Assembly (NCBI GenBank): GCA_024704765.1
Contig: JAKMXF010000309.1
Location: 359,724-423,723, forward strand
Length of the DNA stretch: 64,000 nucleotides
Direction of reading: 5' to 3'
DNA from: Oopsacas minuta
Taxonomy: Eukaryota > Animalia > Porifera
The position numbers were made by a program, and so were the translations under genes. The notes beneath the pieces are model-generated. The model was not told the origin of the DNA. It did not search any database and worked only from the letters and a program-made list of their open reading frames with translations. Shown here in pieces: positions 27,693 through 39,379 of the stretch; position 1 is the first letter of the stretch, and each line of letters begins with the position of its first letter.

Positions 27693-30600
27693 TTAATAGA
27701 GATTTAGTTGGAAATGTTCAGAGTGAGTTTTGTTAGTTATTGATTTATTAAACTTACGGACTGGATCTGTTCTCTGTTCCAATCGTATCCGTTGTTTCAT
27801 ACCGTAATCCAGAGTAACTAATTCTTGTTTGAATAGTTCTCTGTAACGATGGAATATGTATTGATTGGATGTGTTAATCTATACAAGAATAAACCTACAG
27901 TGAAACTTCCACAAAGGAAGACTGTGGAATCGGGGAATTTTTGGAAACTGAGTGAAAAATAAATACAGGGAATTCCTAATTCCATACAAATGAACGTACA
28001 CAAACGGGAATTTCGGCAGAAACAGGAAAACAGGTAGCATTTTTCGGCGCCCCTTGCACCCCATTTGTGGAAGCTACACTGTATACGTCAGGGGTTCCCA
28101 ACCTTTTGTACTCCATGTCCTACTATGCAAAAAGGATATACACCGCGTACCCCCATTGTAAATTCCAACTTTCATTACCATTATATATTGACTGAGAATA
28201 TACTAATTAGGCATCTTTGGTAAAAGTTAAATGAATTCATTTGTTAGTTCTAAGGTCTATTACTTGACAAAAATAAATACTCAATTGTATGTAATTGAAA
28301 AGTAATTATATCATTACTGCTACGTAATATAATATTACTATTGCAAATCTTGCCAAATTATACATTTGGATTTATTTCTAATTACATGGTATCATAATTA
28401 CTAATTTGTAACTAATATTCGTAAATGACTCAACCTTCTCGCGTACCCCCAGGGGTACGCGTACCACAGGTTGGGAACCCCTGGTATAAGTAAAGCAGTT
28501 ATGATATTTGGACTATGGATATGTACCTCTCTAATTTCTTTATTTTTCCTGCGTATAACAGCTATCAGAATAGAAGATGTGACTAATAAGACAATAAGGA
28601 GAGGCCCTAAGGCTGGAGAATTCCAGAATTGAGCTACGAGAAGCGCTAGCGTAGAATCTCCACTAGTTTCCCAAGTTGTGTGTCCTTGAAGTAAAGTCAA
28701 GAAGTCTGGAAATACTTTATAAATCGATGAAGTATTCCTGAAAGGACCACAATCCTCTGAGGGTCTGAAATAGAAAATAGGCCAATGTAGGAGTATCATA
28801 ATAATCGTAAACATCATTACTAGTATCATATAGTAACTGAGATTAGATTTAGATATACGTGGAGGTGGTGGTGAGTGTTGAGCTGTTAGTTTTGTGATTA
28901 TTATCATTGTTAGGTATAACATGAAGAATCCTATACATCCTATTAGTGTTATGAAAGGGCTGAATAGCATACCAGACCATATAAGGCATTGTATGTAGAT
29001 TATCTTCATTACATGTTTGGAGACGTGGAACTCTGACTTCAGGCCGTATTCAAATATCTATAGGTTGGGAAATACAAGGTTTAATACAGTCAACTCCAGT
29101 TATAACGAAACTCAAGCGACAGCGATAATTTCATAAAGCATATAGTAGATGCCGGTTATAGGAACCTCATAAGGGAATATAAATACACGTTCTTATAACC
29201 GGTATGAATATACAGGAATATAGGAGAACTGTTTCCGGAGTATGGTTCTTAAGATTAAGAGAATTTAATTAATATTTACCAGTCTAAAGCGTGAGGAATT
29301 ACTACATCCGGTCCTGAAACAGAAGTTAACAGACTTTCTAATCATATTCTGTAGAGCTAGTACTACTGATCTGATCATTATACTGCTGATAAACTGAGCC
29401 ATTATATACTCGTATAATATCCTACCTGAAAGAAGCAATTATCAGAGGAGCGCGAGGGTGGAGCCAGTTGGGACTGTGCCTCAGCTCATTAATGTAAGCA
29501 TGCCAGCAATAACCGCTGGCACTAGGCAATGATAAGATATAAGTCGTCACCCTCTGTGTGACGACTTAAATTTGTAAAATATTTCAGTGGATTATTGAAA
29601 CCACTTATAATCTCTAAAAGTGTACGAACACTCATATTTATACGTACGTATATACTTACTAAGCTACTATACTAATAGTATAGTCGGCACAGTATTATAT
29701 AATACCAGTTATCCATGGTGTATACTGTACTAACCTGCTTGAGTCTCCCAACACTCATAATTAACGATCTGCTCTAGCTTACAGTCCTCAGATCTTATAC
29801 AGAATGGTATGATCGCACAGCTACCAGTACCAGGGGTCTTAGACAATACGTAGCTCTCTGTTATCAGGAAACAGATAGAGAAGAGAGAGACTAATCGCAT
29901 GAGTAGATACTTTACTAGGAGAGCGTTCAGTAAGTTAGCTTTCACCTATAAAATAAAACAGTAATAAAATACAACCATAATTATTAAATATATATTTTGT
30001 AAGACAAAAATTGGAAACAAAATTCTAAAACAATTGGTAAATTAATAAATTGACATTGGAGGTATTGCGGATTTTATATATCAAATAATGATAAAATGTC
30101 ACAAATAAAGAGAACAAGTGGAGCAACGAAAAAAGAGGGCAAACGAAATACAATATTTAGAAACTTAAAAATAAATATGCGATAAATCTAAGTCATTAAA
30201 TACAATTATAATTCATTTATAAGCTAGCTAGTACCTTATAACCTTCTAGCTGTATTATTATAGGAAATAATACTTCTAGAAAAGTATGCCAAAAAGATGG
30301 GACGAATCCTATTAGAATTAAATAACTGAAATCTCCCTGTCCTGTCCTGAACTTCTGCTGACCAGTACAGATAATCAGAGATCCTCCAGCTATCAGTAGC
30401 AGTACTGTAATAACCCAGCCTACTAATCTAAGAGACCATCTGATTATTAATTTGATGTAAGATTGGTTTCTATCTTCTCTATCATTGCTAGTTGTAGTGT
30501 TGTTAAGTACTTGTAGCAACTATATAAGGAAATAGAGGACAGTAAACTCACGTTATAACCAAATGTTCTAGACTTCGGATTCATTTCGTTATGAGCGGAA

Positions 30601-31724
30601 TAAAATCAATTTCTTTCAAGCTATAGGGAGTAAAGAAACTTATAATTATATATGATTTGGTTATAGCGGGAGTTCACTGGAGATAGATAAGGATCGAGTA
30701 TAGCCGTTTATGGAGATTACACTGTACAGTGTACACATATTCGTATATATAATAACCTCTTTGAGAGCAATATAGTTAGACTGCTGCTTCAATACAGCTT
30801 GTAGAGAATGATTAATAGAGAAGTCCCATCCCAGGAATATAAACCTCTCTATAGAGGTATATGTACTCTGTACGGATACCGTCTTGAGATAAGCTTGTCC
30901 TAACCACACGGCCAGGAATACTAATATAGTGAAAGTGATAGCGAAAAATACACAGAACCATGCACCCTCTATTTCGTACCTATATTGATGTATAAGTAAA
31001 CAAACATACACAATCAAACAAACAAACCTTACCCTGTATTGTCTATAAACCCATTAGAATAATTTCCCATGAATAGAGCTGTATACTCGAATCCTTTACC
31101 GGTTATTAGCGCGGTTATACTCTCTAAACCCGGCCCTATCTCGTATACAGTTGTAGGGTTAGGAGGTGACAATAATCGCGGAATCCAGACTAGAGTATTC
31201 AGTATAAGACATATAAGATTCAGAAACTGAAATCTCAATAACAGCATGAAGTAGGAAGCTGCTGCTTTACCAAATTTAGCCTATGAATGACGTCATAAAT
31301 AATACAATATTAAAACCCGTATACAGCTTACTTCAATTCCACGTGTTGTGTATAAGAATGGATAGAAACAGAATTCTTTTAAAACAGAGAGGATTTTGTA
31401 GAATTTATCAAATCTGGTCTCATCAACATCAACAGTCATTTGGCTTATAGGCTGAGAGCTACAGCCTGCTTTCTGCTGACGTTTTCGCGCTAGGGTGTCC
31501 ATGAAAGGGCCTGCAGGGGAGGAAGGACTCTTTGGGAGGTCAGAGTACATGTCCGAGAGGGAAGGAGTGCGGTGTATTAGAGGTGTAGCCCGGTGAATAA
31601 GTTTGCCACTGGCAGGATTGATTACCTGACAATTCGAATGAAGATAGATGCTTAGAATTTCTACAACTGTGTAGGATGAGTAAATTATTAATAACGAATT
31701 GTTGATGCACCTACTTCTATGCAT
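27693..31724 (-). CDS. Transmembrane channel-like (TMC) protein, multi-exon
   Basis: LITGKGFEYTALFMGNY, IIIQLEGY, CWETQAG (TMC signature CWETxxG) and RPSEDCGPF; probable last exon INTSNQYIFHRY.. at 27693-27880; both ends uncertain. Confidence 0.85.
27896..28083. mobile_element. MITE family E (TACAGTGAAACTTCCACAAA..TTTGTGGAAGCTACACTGTA)
   Basis: TIR pair with TA flanks; relatives at 9908-10020, 22779-22857, partial ~9200-9285 and ~18499-18570. Confidence 0.85.
28089..28483. mobile_element. hAT-like MITE (family C) with 8-bp TSD
   Basis: Perfect TIR CAGGGGTTCCCAACCT..AGGTTGGGAACCCCTG; flanks GTATACGT/GTATAAGT. Confidence 0.92.
30538..30680. mobile_element. MITE, family A-related subfamily
   Basis: CAGTAAACTCACGTTATAACCAAAT..ATTTGGTTATAGCGGGAGTTCACTG; partial relative at ~37850-37932. 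Confidence 0.75.
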
Positions 31725-31814
31725 ATTGTAAATAACATAAATATTGTGGTCTACTACATGACGTAAATATTTATTGATGAAGCAAGATTTATTATAAGAA
31801 AAGAGATGTTGTAG

Positions 31815-32387
31815 TTATAATCTAGTATAAGCAAGATCTCTACCGAATAAGCTCTTGTAGAATTTGACGTCACATAACAGACCTGGTCCTCTTATAATCC
31901 GTAATAAATGAGCCGTGTTAATAAACGAATAAAGTGCTAATGTTAGGAAAGAGAATGCTATAGCAGATCTTGCAGCTCCTACGTCATCAACAGGAGGATG
32001 TGTTGTATAACTCCATCTGTTGGCTAACAGACAGAATAATACAAACCAAATTAGTTGTATACAAATATTGTGGATTAGGAATATCACTGCTACTATACGG
32101 TGAGCATTTAGGTTTAGCCATATTTCAATACACACACAAACTATGAGGGTAATTGTAGTGGAAAGTAGCGCGATTATAGATGCTGATATTCCAAAGATAC
32201 AGGTGTTGGTATCTCTGTTGAATACACAAGAATTATCGTCATTTGTGTGGTATACGTTGGCTACACATAGACTGATTATAAACGCAAAAATAGCCGCGAG
32301 TGTGTGGAGGTATAGCTCAGGTTTTAAGAAGATTCTCTTTTTCAAGTCAAGGTCTGTGTCTTCTCCAAAACTAGATTTCGTTTCCAT
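31815..32387 (-). CDS. Synaptogyrin-like MARVEL protein, single exon
   Basis: Four hydrophobic segments with CVFNRDTNTC, WFVLFCLLANRW and AARSAIAFSF. Confidence 0.85.
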   Translation of the reverse strand: METKSSFGEDTDLDLKKRIFLKPELYLHTLAAIFAFIISLCVANVYHTNDDNSCVFNRDTNTCIFGISASIIALLSTTITLIVCVCIEIWLNLNAHRIVAVIFLIHNICIQLIWFVLFCLLANRWSYTTHPPVDDVGAARSAIAFSFLTLALYSFINTAHLLRIIRGPGLLCDVKFYKSLFGRDLAYTRL

Positions 32388-32805
32388 TTATTTGAAGGTT
32401 TGAAATTTCGCAGATTTAGAATGAATGTAACTCTCTCATAGTTACAATTTATCAAGGAATATTTGCGGTTCATTTATAATACAGACTCAATTCTAAATAC
32501 TTTAAAGAATATTTCATACATCGCTGAATATATTCAATTGCAATAATGCGGTGAAGTTCGCTTACTAGAAAGTAGTATTTTGCACGAATTCTCATTGCTA
32601 AATTAGAGTAATTATTTCCAATACAAAATAGACGCGAATTGCTAATTGGCGAACACTACTGCACTCAGATTTTGGAAACTTAAATCACGTAAATACAATG
32701 TGAAGATTTTGCATAAATATACAAGAATACAGGAGCATTTGCTACAGCTCAATTCATCTTCACAACTTACTAATCTATCTACTAACTAAAATAATTATAG
32801 TCTCA

Positions 32806-34044
32806 TCAGTAATAACCTTGGTATATCACCAAAGGATGTATTACGTCACTAAACACAACATCAGTACCTCCTCCTACAAATAATACTGATCCCTTACACG
32901 CATTTATTGGCTCACTAGTCCCTTGTTCCTTCAGACTAGCAGTACCACTGATAACCAGTAGAATACTGGGGCCTTGTAAAGAAGGGAGGGAGAAGTTCTT
33001 TATAGGTAGAGGGGGTGCGATAGACCGCACAGAGAAGTCAGGTACAGGTGGATCATATACTGTTATGAAACTCATCTCTGGCAACATAACAGGTTGAAAC
33101 TTATTGTCTACAGCTGGTCTACATATATAAGATAGCATTTCACACAGAGTATCTTTATCTATGTATTTTGGTGTTAACCCTGCTCTCACTACATTATCAC
33201 TACATGCCATGCACTCAATACAATCTCCTTGTAGATACGCATGTGGCTCGTTAGCTGCTAAGAATATAGATTCTCCAGGTTGTAGTGTAAGATGATTGAG
33301 GAAGAAGCAACATAGAATACCTACGTCACACGGGAAATGTTGCTGTACGTATAGGATCAGGTCTTTAAGAGGATGTGCAGTAGTCTCTATTCTGGCTATT
33401 AGAGCTGTTATCTGTAACTTTATAACCTCAAGGTCTGTTGTGAATAGTTTTGTGAAGCAGGCTTTTAGGCTTGCTTTACAATCTTGTTCTGAATTCGCGG
33501 TTTTTAACGCTGCCAGGAGGTCTGCTCCTACGATAGCTAACAGCTCCGGATTGTCTTCTATATTACCTCTAATCTGATCTAGAGGTCTGAAGCCGCAGAG
33601 AGCTTGAAATGACGTTAGAGCTATAGCTAGTTCAGGCTTGTGGTTGGAATCTGGATACGCATCTGGTTGCTTGGAATGTAACTCTACTGCTAATGTCTTG
33701 TTTGGGTGAGCTTGTATAGATAATGGTTTATGTACGGATAATACTTTGAACAGAAATGGGAGCTGTCCTATTGGTCCTTTGTCCTGATAACTTCCAAGGA
33801 GAGAGGGTATAGCGGTCAGATGCTGAGACAGTAAGGTACCAGTCCCAGCGATGGTATTAGCCCCCTTAGGGTGTGTACCCATCCATAGCTCTGCATACGG
33901 TTTGTCTGCATCTACAGGCTCTGATGAATGCAGGGAATATAGAGCAGCTACTGCACTGCTAGCTCCTAGCTTACCCCATGCATAGTTCTGTACTGCTGGC
34001 TTTATGGAGAGTAGTTTGCAAACTGGTGTAGCTATCTCAGCCAT
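32806..34044 (-). CDS. MPI: Mannose-6-phosphate isomerase type I, single exon
   Basis: QNYAWGK, YAELWMGTHP, LSIQAHP, NHKPE, NEPHAYLQGDCIECMACSDNVVRAGLTPK. Confidence 0.98.
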   Translation of the reverse strand: MAEIATPVCKLLSIKPAVQNYAWGKLGASSAVAALYSLHSSEPVDADKPYAELWMGTHPKGANTIAGTGTLLSQHLTAIPSLLGSYQDKGPIGQLPFLFKVLSVHKPLSIQAHPNKTLAVELHSKQPDAYPDSNHKPELAIALTSFQALCGFRPLDQIRGNIEDNPELLAIVGADLLAALKTANSEQDCKASLKACFTKLFTTDLEVIKLQITALIARIETTAHPLKDLILYVQQHFPCDVGILCCFFLNHLTLQPGESIFLAANEPHAYLQGDCIECMACSDNVVRAGLTPKYIDKDTLCEMLSYICRPAVDNKFQPVMLPEMSFITVYDPPVPDFSVRSIAPPLPIKNFSLPSLQGPSILLVISGTASLKEQGTSEPINACKGSVLFVGGGTDVVFSDVIHPLVIYQGYY

Positions 34045-34080
34045 TTATGTAACTATCTATTAGGTATATGCTAAATTTAC

Positions 34081-34246
34081 TAGAGCGGTTCCTAACCTGG
34101 GGTCCATAGACTCCTTGGTGGCCCACGGACCACAGCAGGGGTTCCACAGGATCTCAAAATTTGTATTAAAGCCTATGGGAGGGGTACACACAATGTGTCA
34201 AATTGGTATAGGGGTCCACGGGTGAATAAGGTTGGGAATCGTGGTA
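34081..34246. mobile_element. MITE family C
   Basis: TAGAGCGGTTCCTAACCTGGGGTCC..AGGTTGGGAATCG; just upstream of MPI. Confidence 0.8.
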
Positions 34247-35072
34247 TTTATATCTACTTATATGAGCTATTTTATACACAAAGTTAATTCATGAATTTCT
34301 ATATTTCTGAAGCAGTCACCGGCAGAACAGTTATTTACTTTGGATCATTATTAGATATATTTTGTTGTTGCAAATTATTTAGTCTATAACCAAGAAGCCC
34401 GAATATTCCTAGGCTACCTACCAAACTTTCAAATAACACACATTATCATTCTTTCTAATAAAATGAAATCAGAGATCTACATATACAGCCTTACAGATAT
34501 GTTGAGACGATCAAGTTCAAAGAAATCATTACATTATTAACTTTGTTAAGGACCACATTTATCTATAATAGTTGATGTTGTAGAGTGATATCATGTTTGG
34601 AGATTGACTAACACTTATTTGAGTGTTTATAACAGATTATGAACCTGATGGACACTTAATGCAAGTGTCTATTCATAAATTTGATCTTTATTGAATCAAG
34701 GTTAGTGTATATAGATTATAGAGATCATATTACTATTGATGCAATTTAAAAGTTGTTAAAATCTGATCATGGGACCCCCTTGTTAATTGGGGAGAGAATA
34801 GGCTTGATTTTGTATACAAATATTCATTTCTGTAAGAGCAATATATTGTAAAGTAGATTTGTCTTTTGTTATCACTTAGTAGCCATAACTTTCAATAATT
34901 TCAATGTCAAACGTTTCTAGTAATATTAGGATAGATAAGTGACCAGCTGTAAGACATTAATTGTTCTGCAAACCTTTGAGTATTTCAATAACAAATGTGT
35001 TACGTAGAATACAGCATGCAAATATTTCAAAGTATTCATTTGAATTAATTTATTTGTTTGTAGATTACAATA

Positions 35073-36074
35073 ATGGAAGATATAAGTCCTGCTATTCCGT
35101 ACGAACAGAGACCTGAGAAATTCTTGCTTTTCCCTTGGCGGTATCCTTCTATAGTCTGGCTGCCTGGTAAACTGCTTGAGTGGAGATGGAAGAAACTATT
35201 ACGTATTACTGGTCGCGAGTATATCGCGGAATATTTCGGTACTTTAGTGTTCATAACATTTGTTCTTGGGGGAGCTGCCCAGTCGTTTTATAGCGAATTG
35301 AAGGAGACGGGTTGGATAGGAGGCACGTGGGGCGCGGCCATTGGCATATTCTTTGGTATGTACACCTGTTTAGGTGTGTCTGGCGCCCATTTAAACCCAG
35401 CCGTTACATTCGCATTAGCATTAGTCGGGAAATTTTCTTGGCTTAAAGTGTTGTTCTATTGGATAGCTCAATTCTTGGGTTCATTCACAGCATCATTTAT
35501 AGTGTATTTATACTATTTTGATGCTCTGTACCGGAATAATGCAGGAGTAGCTGTTACTAATAGTGTTAATAATAGCTACAAAGTATGGACTACTAATCCA
35601 CAGGATCATGTCAGTAATTTGAATATATTCTACGATCAGCTGTTCAGCACTCTATTACTACAATTCTTAATACTTTCTATTATGGATCGACCTAATGCAG
35701 GATTAGTTCACCATTTAAAGCCAGTTGGTGTATCTCTTATAGTATTTGCAGTAGGCGTATGTTTCTCGTACAATGCTGGATTAGCTATGAATCCGATTAG
35801 AGATTTTCCTCCCAGATGTTTCGCTGCTATTATATTTGGCTCTGATATATTCAGAATTCATAACTACTACTTTTGGATTCCTATAATCGGGCCTATGATA
35901 GGTGCACCTATTGGTGCGTTCATATACATATTCTTCATAGAAACACACCATTATCCAGGTTATAATCCTTCACAGCAGAATGCAGAGTCTAGAATATCTC
36001 TTGAGAGACAGAGACTGCTTGATCAGCATGATGATAACGGTACTACAATAGATACAGAGCCTAAACTAAATTAA
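35073..36074 (+). CDS. Aquaglyceroporin paralog A (AQP3/7/9/10, GlpF-like), single exon
   Basis: SGAHLNPAVT and AMNPIRDFPPR (Asp after Arg is the glyceroporin signature); six hydrophobic segments. Confidence 0.95.
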   Translation: MEDISPAIPYEQRPEKFLLFPWRYPSIVWLPGKLLEWRWKKLLRITGREYIAEYFGTLVFITFVLGGAAQSFYSELKETGWIGGTWGAAIGIFFGMYTCLGVSGAHLNPAVTFALALVGKFSWLKVLFYWIAQFLGSFTASFIVYLYYFDALYRNNAGVAVTNSVNNSYKVWTTNPQDHVSNLNIFYDQLFSTLLLQFLILSIMDRPNAGLVHHLKPVGVSLIVFAVGVCFSYNAGLAMNPIRDFPPRCFAAIIFGSDIFRIHNYYFWIPIIGPMIGAPIGAFIYIFFIETHHYPGYNPSQQNAESRISLERQRLLDQHDDNGTTIDTEPKLN

Positions 36075-36334
36075 CTTGAGGTTATGTGTATACTGCTGCT
36101 TGTACGAACTACATTATATATGCTTTTGCTTTGAATATATTAAATTGTTGCTTTGTAAAAATTGTATTTGCAGGCCAAAAAACAGACTTGGGGTATTTCA
36201 ATTTCTTCAATCAATTCTAGACAAACATATTTGCACACATATTAATTAAATAATAGCGTTTTGATAGTATAATGATACAATAACATAGATAAATTGAAAT
36301 CACATAAACTTTAACTACAGTTTTCTAGAATATC

Positions 36335-37348
36335 CTACAAGTTGTTATCAGCACTATCATCCTTGATAGCAGTCATCTGGATGTTGTTGCCTTCGTCATG
36401 CTTACCGTTACGTACTGGGGAAATCTTTGAGGAACCTTGTTGGGCGAGTTGGGGTTTGTGGGCAGGGTAATGATGGGTCTCAATGAAGAATATATATGCA
36501 ATTGTCCCTACAGGCCCTCCTATCATAGGTCCTAGTATAGGTACGTAGAAATAGAAATCATGTACACGGAATACTTCTGCACCCCAGAATAAGGCTACGA
36601 AGCAACGAGGAGGGAAATCACGTACTGGATTCATGGCTGCACCGCAATTGTATTGGAAACAAACATTGAGTGTAAATAGGATGAGTGATACTCCGATAGG
36701 TCTGAGGTAATGAGGAACACCCGCGTTAGGTTTATCGAATATTGCTAAGGTTAAGAACTGTAGAAGGAATGTAGACCAGAATTGATCCCACATATTGTTC
36801 AGGTTTCCTACATGAGGCTGAGGGCTTGTTACCCACACACGATAGGTCTCATTTACTCCGTTAAATTCACGGGAACCTCCGTCAAAATTATTCATGGCGC
36901 TATAATAGTATAGGTAGACAATTACTGCAGCAGTGAATGCACCCAGATATTGTGCTAGCCAATAAAATGGGACTTTTCTCCAAGGAAAACGACCTACTAT
37001 TGCAAGTGAGAGAGTTACGGCGGGATTCATTTGCGCGCCAGACACCCCTAGAGCAGTGTACATACCGAATATTACTCCAACAGTTGTACCCCAGGTTGCT
37101 CCGATCCAAAAAGTAGTCTGATTCTGTGAGTAGAAAACCTGAGCTACAGACGCGATAGGGAAACTTATCAGCATAATAGTAGCCCAATATTCTGCCATGT
37201 ATTCTGGTCCTACGAATCTCATTATTTTCTTCCAGGCCCATTCGAATACCTTGAAAGGATACCAGAGGACTGCTGGACGGTTGTATTCAAACAGGAGAAA
37301 CCTCTCGGGTCGCTCATTATAAGGAACTGTCGGCTCCACCTCTTCCAT
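36335..37348 (-). CDS. Aquaglyceroporin paralog B, single exon, tail-to-tail with paralog A
   Basis: SGAQMNPAVT and AMNPVRDFPPR; colinear with paralog A including the N-terminal extension. Confidence 0.95.
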   Translation of the reverse strand: MEEVEPTVPYNERPERFLLFEYNRPAVLWYPFKVFEWAWKKIMRFVGPEYMAEYWATIMLISFPIASVAQVFYSQNQTTFWIGATWGTTVGVIFGMYTALGVSGAQMNPAVTLSLAIVGRFPWRKVPFYWLAQYLGAFTAAVIVYLYYYSAMNNFDGGSREFNGVNETYRVWVTSPQPHVGNLNNMWDQFWSTFLLQFLTLAIFDKPNAGVPHYLRPIGVSLILFTLNVCFQYNCGAAMNPVRDFPPRCFVALFWGAEVFRVHDFYFYVPILGPMIGGPVGTIAYIFFIETHHYPAHKPQLAQQGSSKISPVRNGKHDEGNNIQMTAIKDDSADNNL

Positions 37349-39379
37349 TCTGGACTGTCAAATTTAGCAAGTGATGAGTGTGTGAGTGAATTGTGTAACT
37401 AGTACTCATCACACAGTTTATATACGTTTCGTATCACGAGATAGGAACAACAACAACTCGTTCATGTGGATTCCAATTCATACATCTAGTCTTCATTAAA
37501 CTTCCTCAAATGTCTGTTGATCAGATGGCTGTTCAATTCATCAGATATTATTACGATATATTTCCATGCTATTCTACATTTTCTTTATAACTAACTTGTT
37601 CTCCTGATGGCTCTTTGTCTGTTTGGCTTCTGAAAGCTGTTTCTGAATGCTAACATATGCTGCATATATTATTTGTAGCTGATTCAATCGCCGATTTACT
37701 TACAATGATTCAATTCATTGTTTTGAGTTAAATGCTTGCATCAAAGTTTGTGCATTTTATTACGAACTTTGCTTCATTACTAATCCTAGATGAAACGTCA
37801 TAAATACTTGCCCTTCTTGATACTGATCTCCTCAAATATTATATTTCTTTGCAGTCAACTCCTGTCATAATTAATTGATTCTTTACCCCCAATAGCTTGA
37901 AAGTAAATGATTTAACTCCGCTTATAACGAAATATTATAGGGGTTCCGAGCCTTGCATTATAACTAGATCACCTTTCTTTACTTTCAATTTCTTATTTAA
38001 TATTATCCCATATCTAGCTACTGTTATAATTCTATAAGATATATTGTAATCTGAGATTATTTGTGTTGTATGTGAGGAGAGACGGTTAGCAGCTCCCTCG
38101 ATAAGGACGAGCAACATCAATGGTAGAGGCATTCCATCCTAAGATGGCTACCAATGTTTTTTGTTTGTAATAAATGAGATCACTAGTTTATCTGTGATGA
38201 AACATTCATTTCTTTATCTACCTACTATTCTAACAAAGTATTTACAGTGCTTATACGCTATTCTAATTCCGTTACATAATTGAATGTTAATGCCACAGGT
38301 AATGACGTCATTACTCTTATACCTTAGTTTTTGATTCTCCTATCTAACAAGATTTGAATATATACGCTTCCTTGGATGTATTACCCCCTTTAGTAGTTCG
38401 GGGCGAGCCGAGTGACCGTGGCATACGTACATAGACATAACTGAGGTGTTTTTAGATAGATGAAGATGCTAGCAACCCTTAAAAGGAATTGCTAGCTACG
38501 CCTCTGCATACGTAGCTGTTGTAAATGATCCAATTGGACCATCTACATTGCAATTTTTCCTATTAGAATTATTGCTAGGAGTATCAAAGTTGCATTCGCT
38601 GAATGACCTCGATTCTTATAATATTTATACCCAAACTATATTACTCTATTTCCTCACATTTCATTGAGGCATTACAGTAGTGTAGTCAGGGATGGTTTCC
38701 TTATAGCCTCGTCCCACCACTAGCACCTATTACAAGTAATATTGGTGATTGCGTGGTTGCGTATGAGACTAAACTATTCGGAAACCAAGAAAGGGAGAGG
38801 GGGAGCTAAAAATGTGTTCTGCTGTCATTTCCCTTAGAAAGGAGAATCTAGCAGGCCCTGACACGCAAAGCTGTCAGAGCGTTCACATAGTCAACTCGTG
38901 TCTATTGGCCACATGATGAGCATTAATTTCAATTATCTATCTTAAAAGACCAATAAAAGAAACCAAATATCGGTGAGCGGAGAGATCTTATCTTCTCTGC
39001 AACTAATCCTCTGTTTTATACTCATTCTATTTGCATATTGTATTTCTGCTTGATCTAATTATGAGTACTGTCATTTGATATTTTGTGTCATAGAATATTC
39101 TAGATTTTTACGTGTACAATGAATTCTTAAGTATTTTACTTGATTCTGTTGTTGTTGTTGCTGTACAAACTTTATATCAACAATTTACACTTATAATTGC
39201 TTCTTGATGCTACAACGGTGCTAATATTTGTAAATAGTAGTTGCATTATGTATCTTTGGAAATATAATTGCTAATTTGCAAGACTAATCAATGGGCATTT
39301 GCCCCAGGTATGCCAGATCCTGTGACCGCCCCTGATTATATCAAATATTTTCATGTTTGTTGCTTATCATTAGAATATA

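Noticed and set aside
28401-28520. C-terminus of the TMC ORF as given in the track (..PGVPNLWYAYPWG..)
   Set aside because: It is read-through into an intronic hAT MITE; a donor at ~28520 joins in phase to an exon at ~27880.
37400-39300. Possible decayed transposase or snoRNA (ATGATGA at ~38913) in the AQP-WRAP73 spacer
   Set aside because: No sustained ORF, no paired D box or terminal stem, and no recognisable motif.
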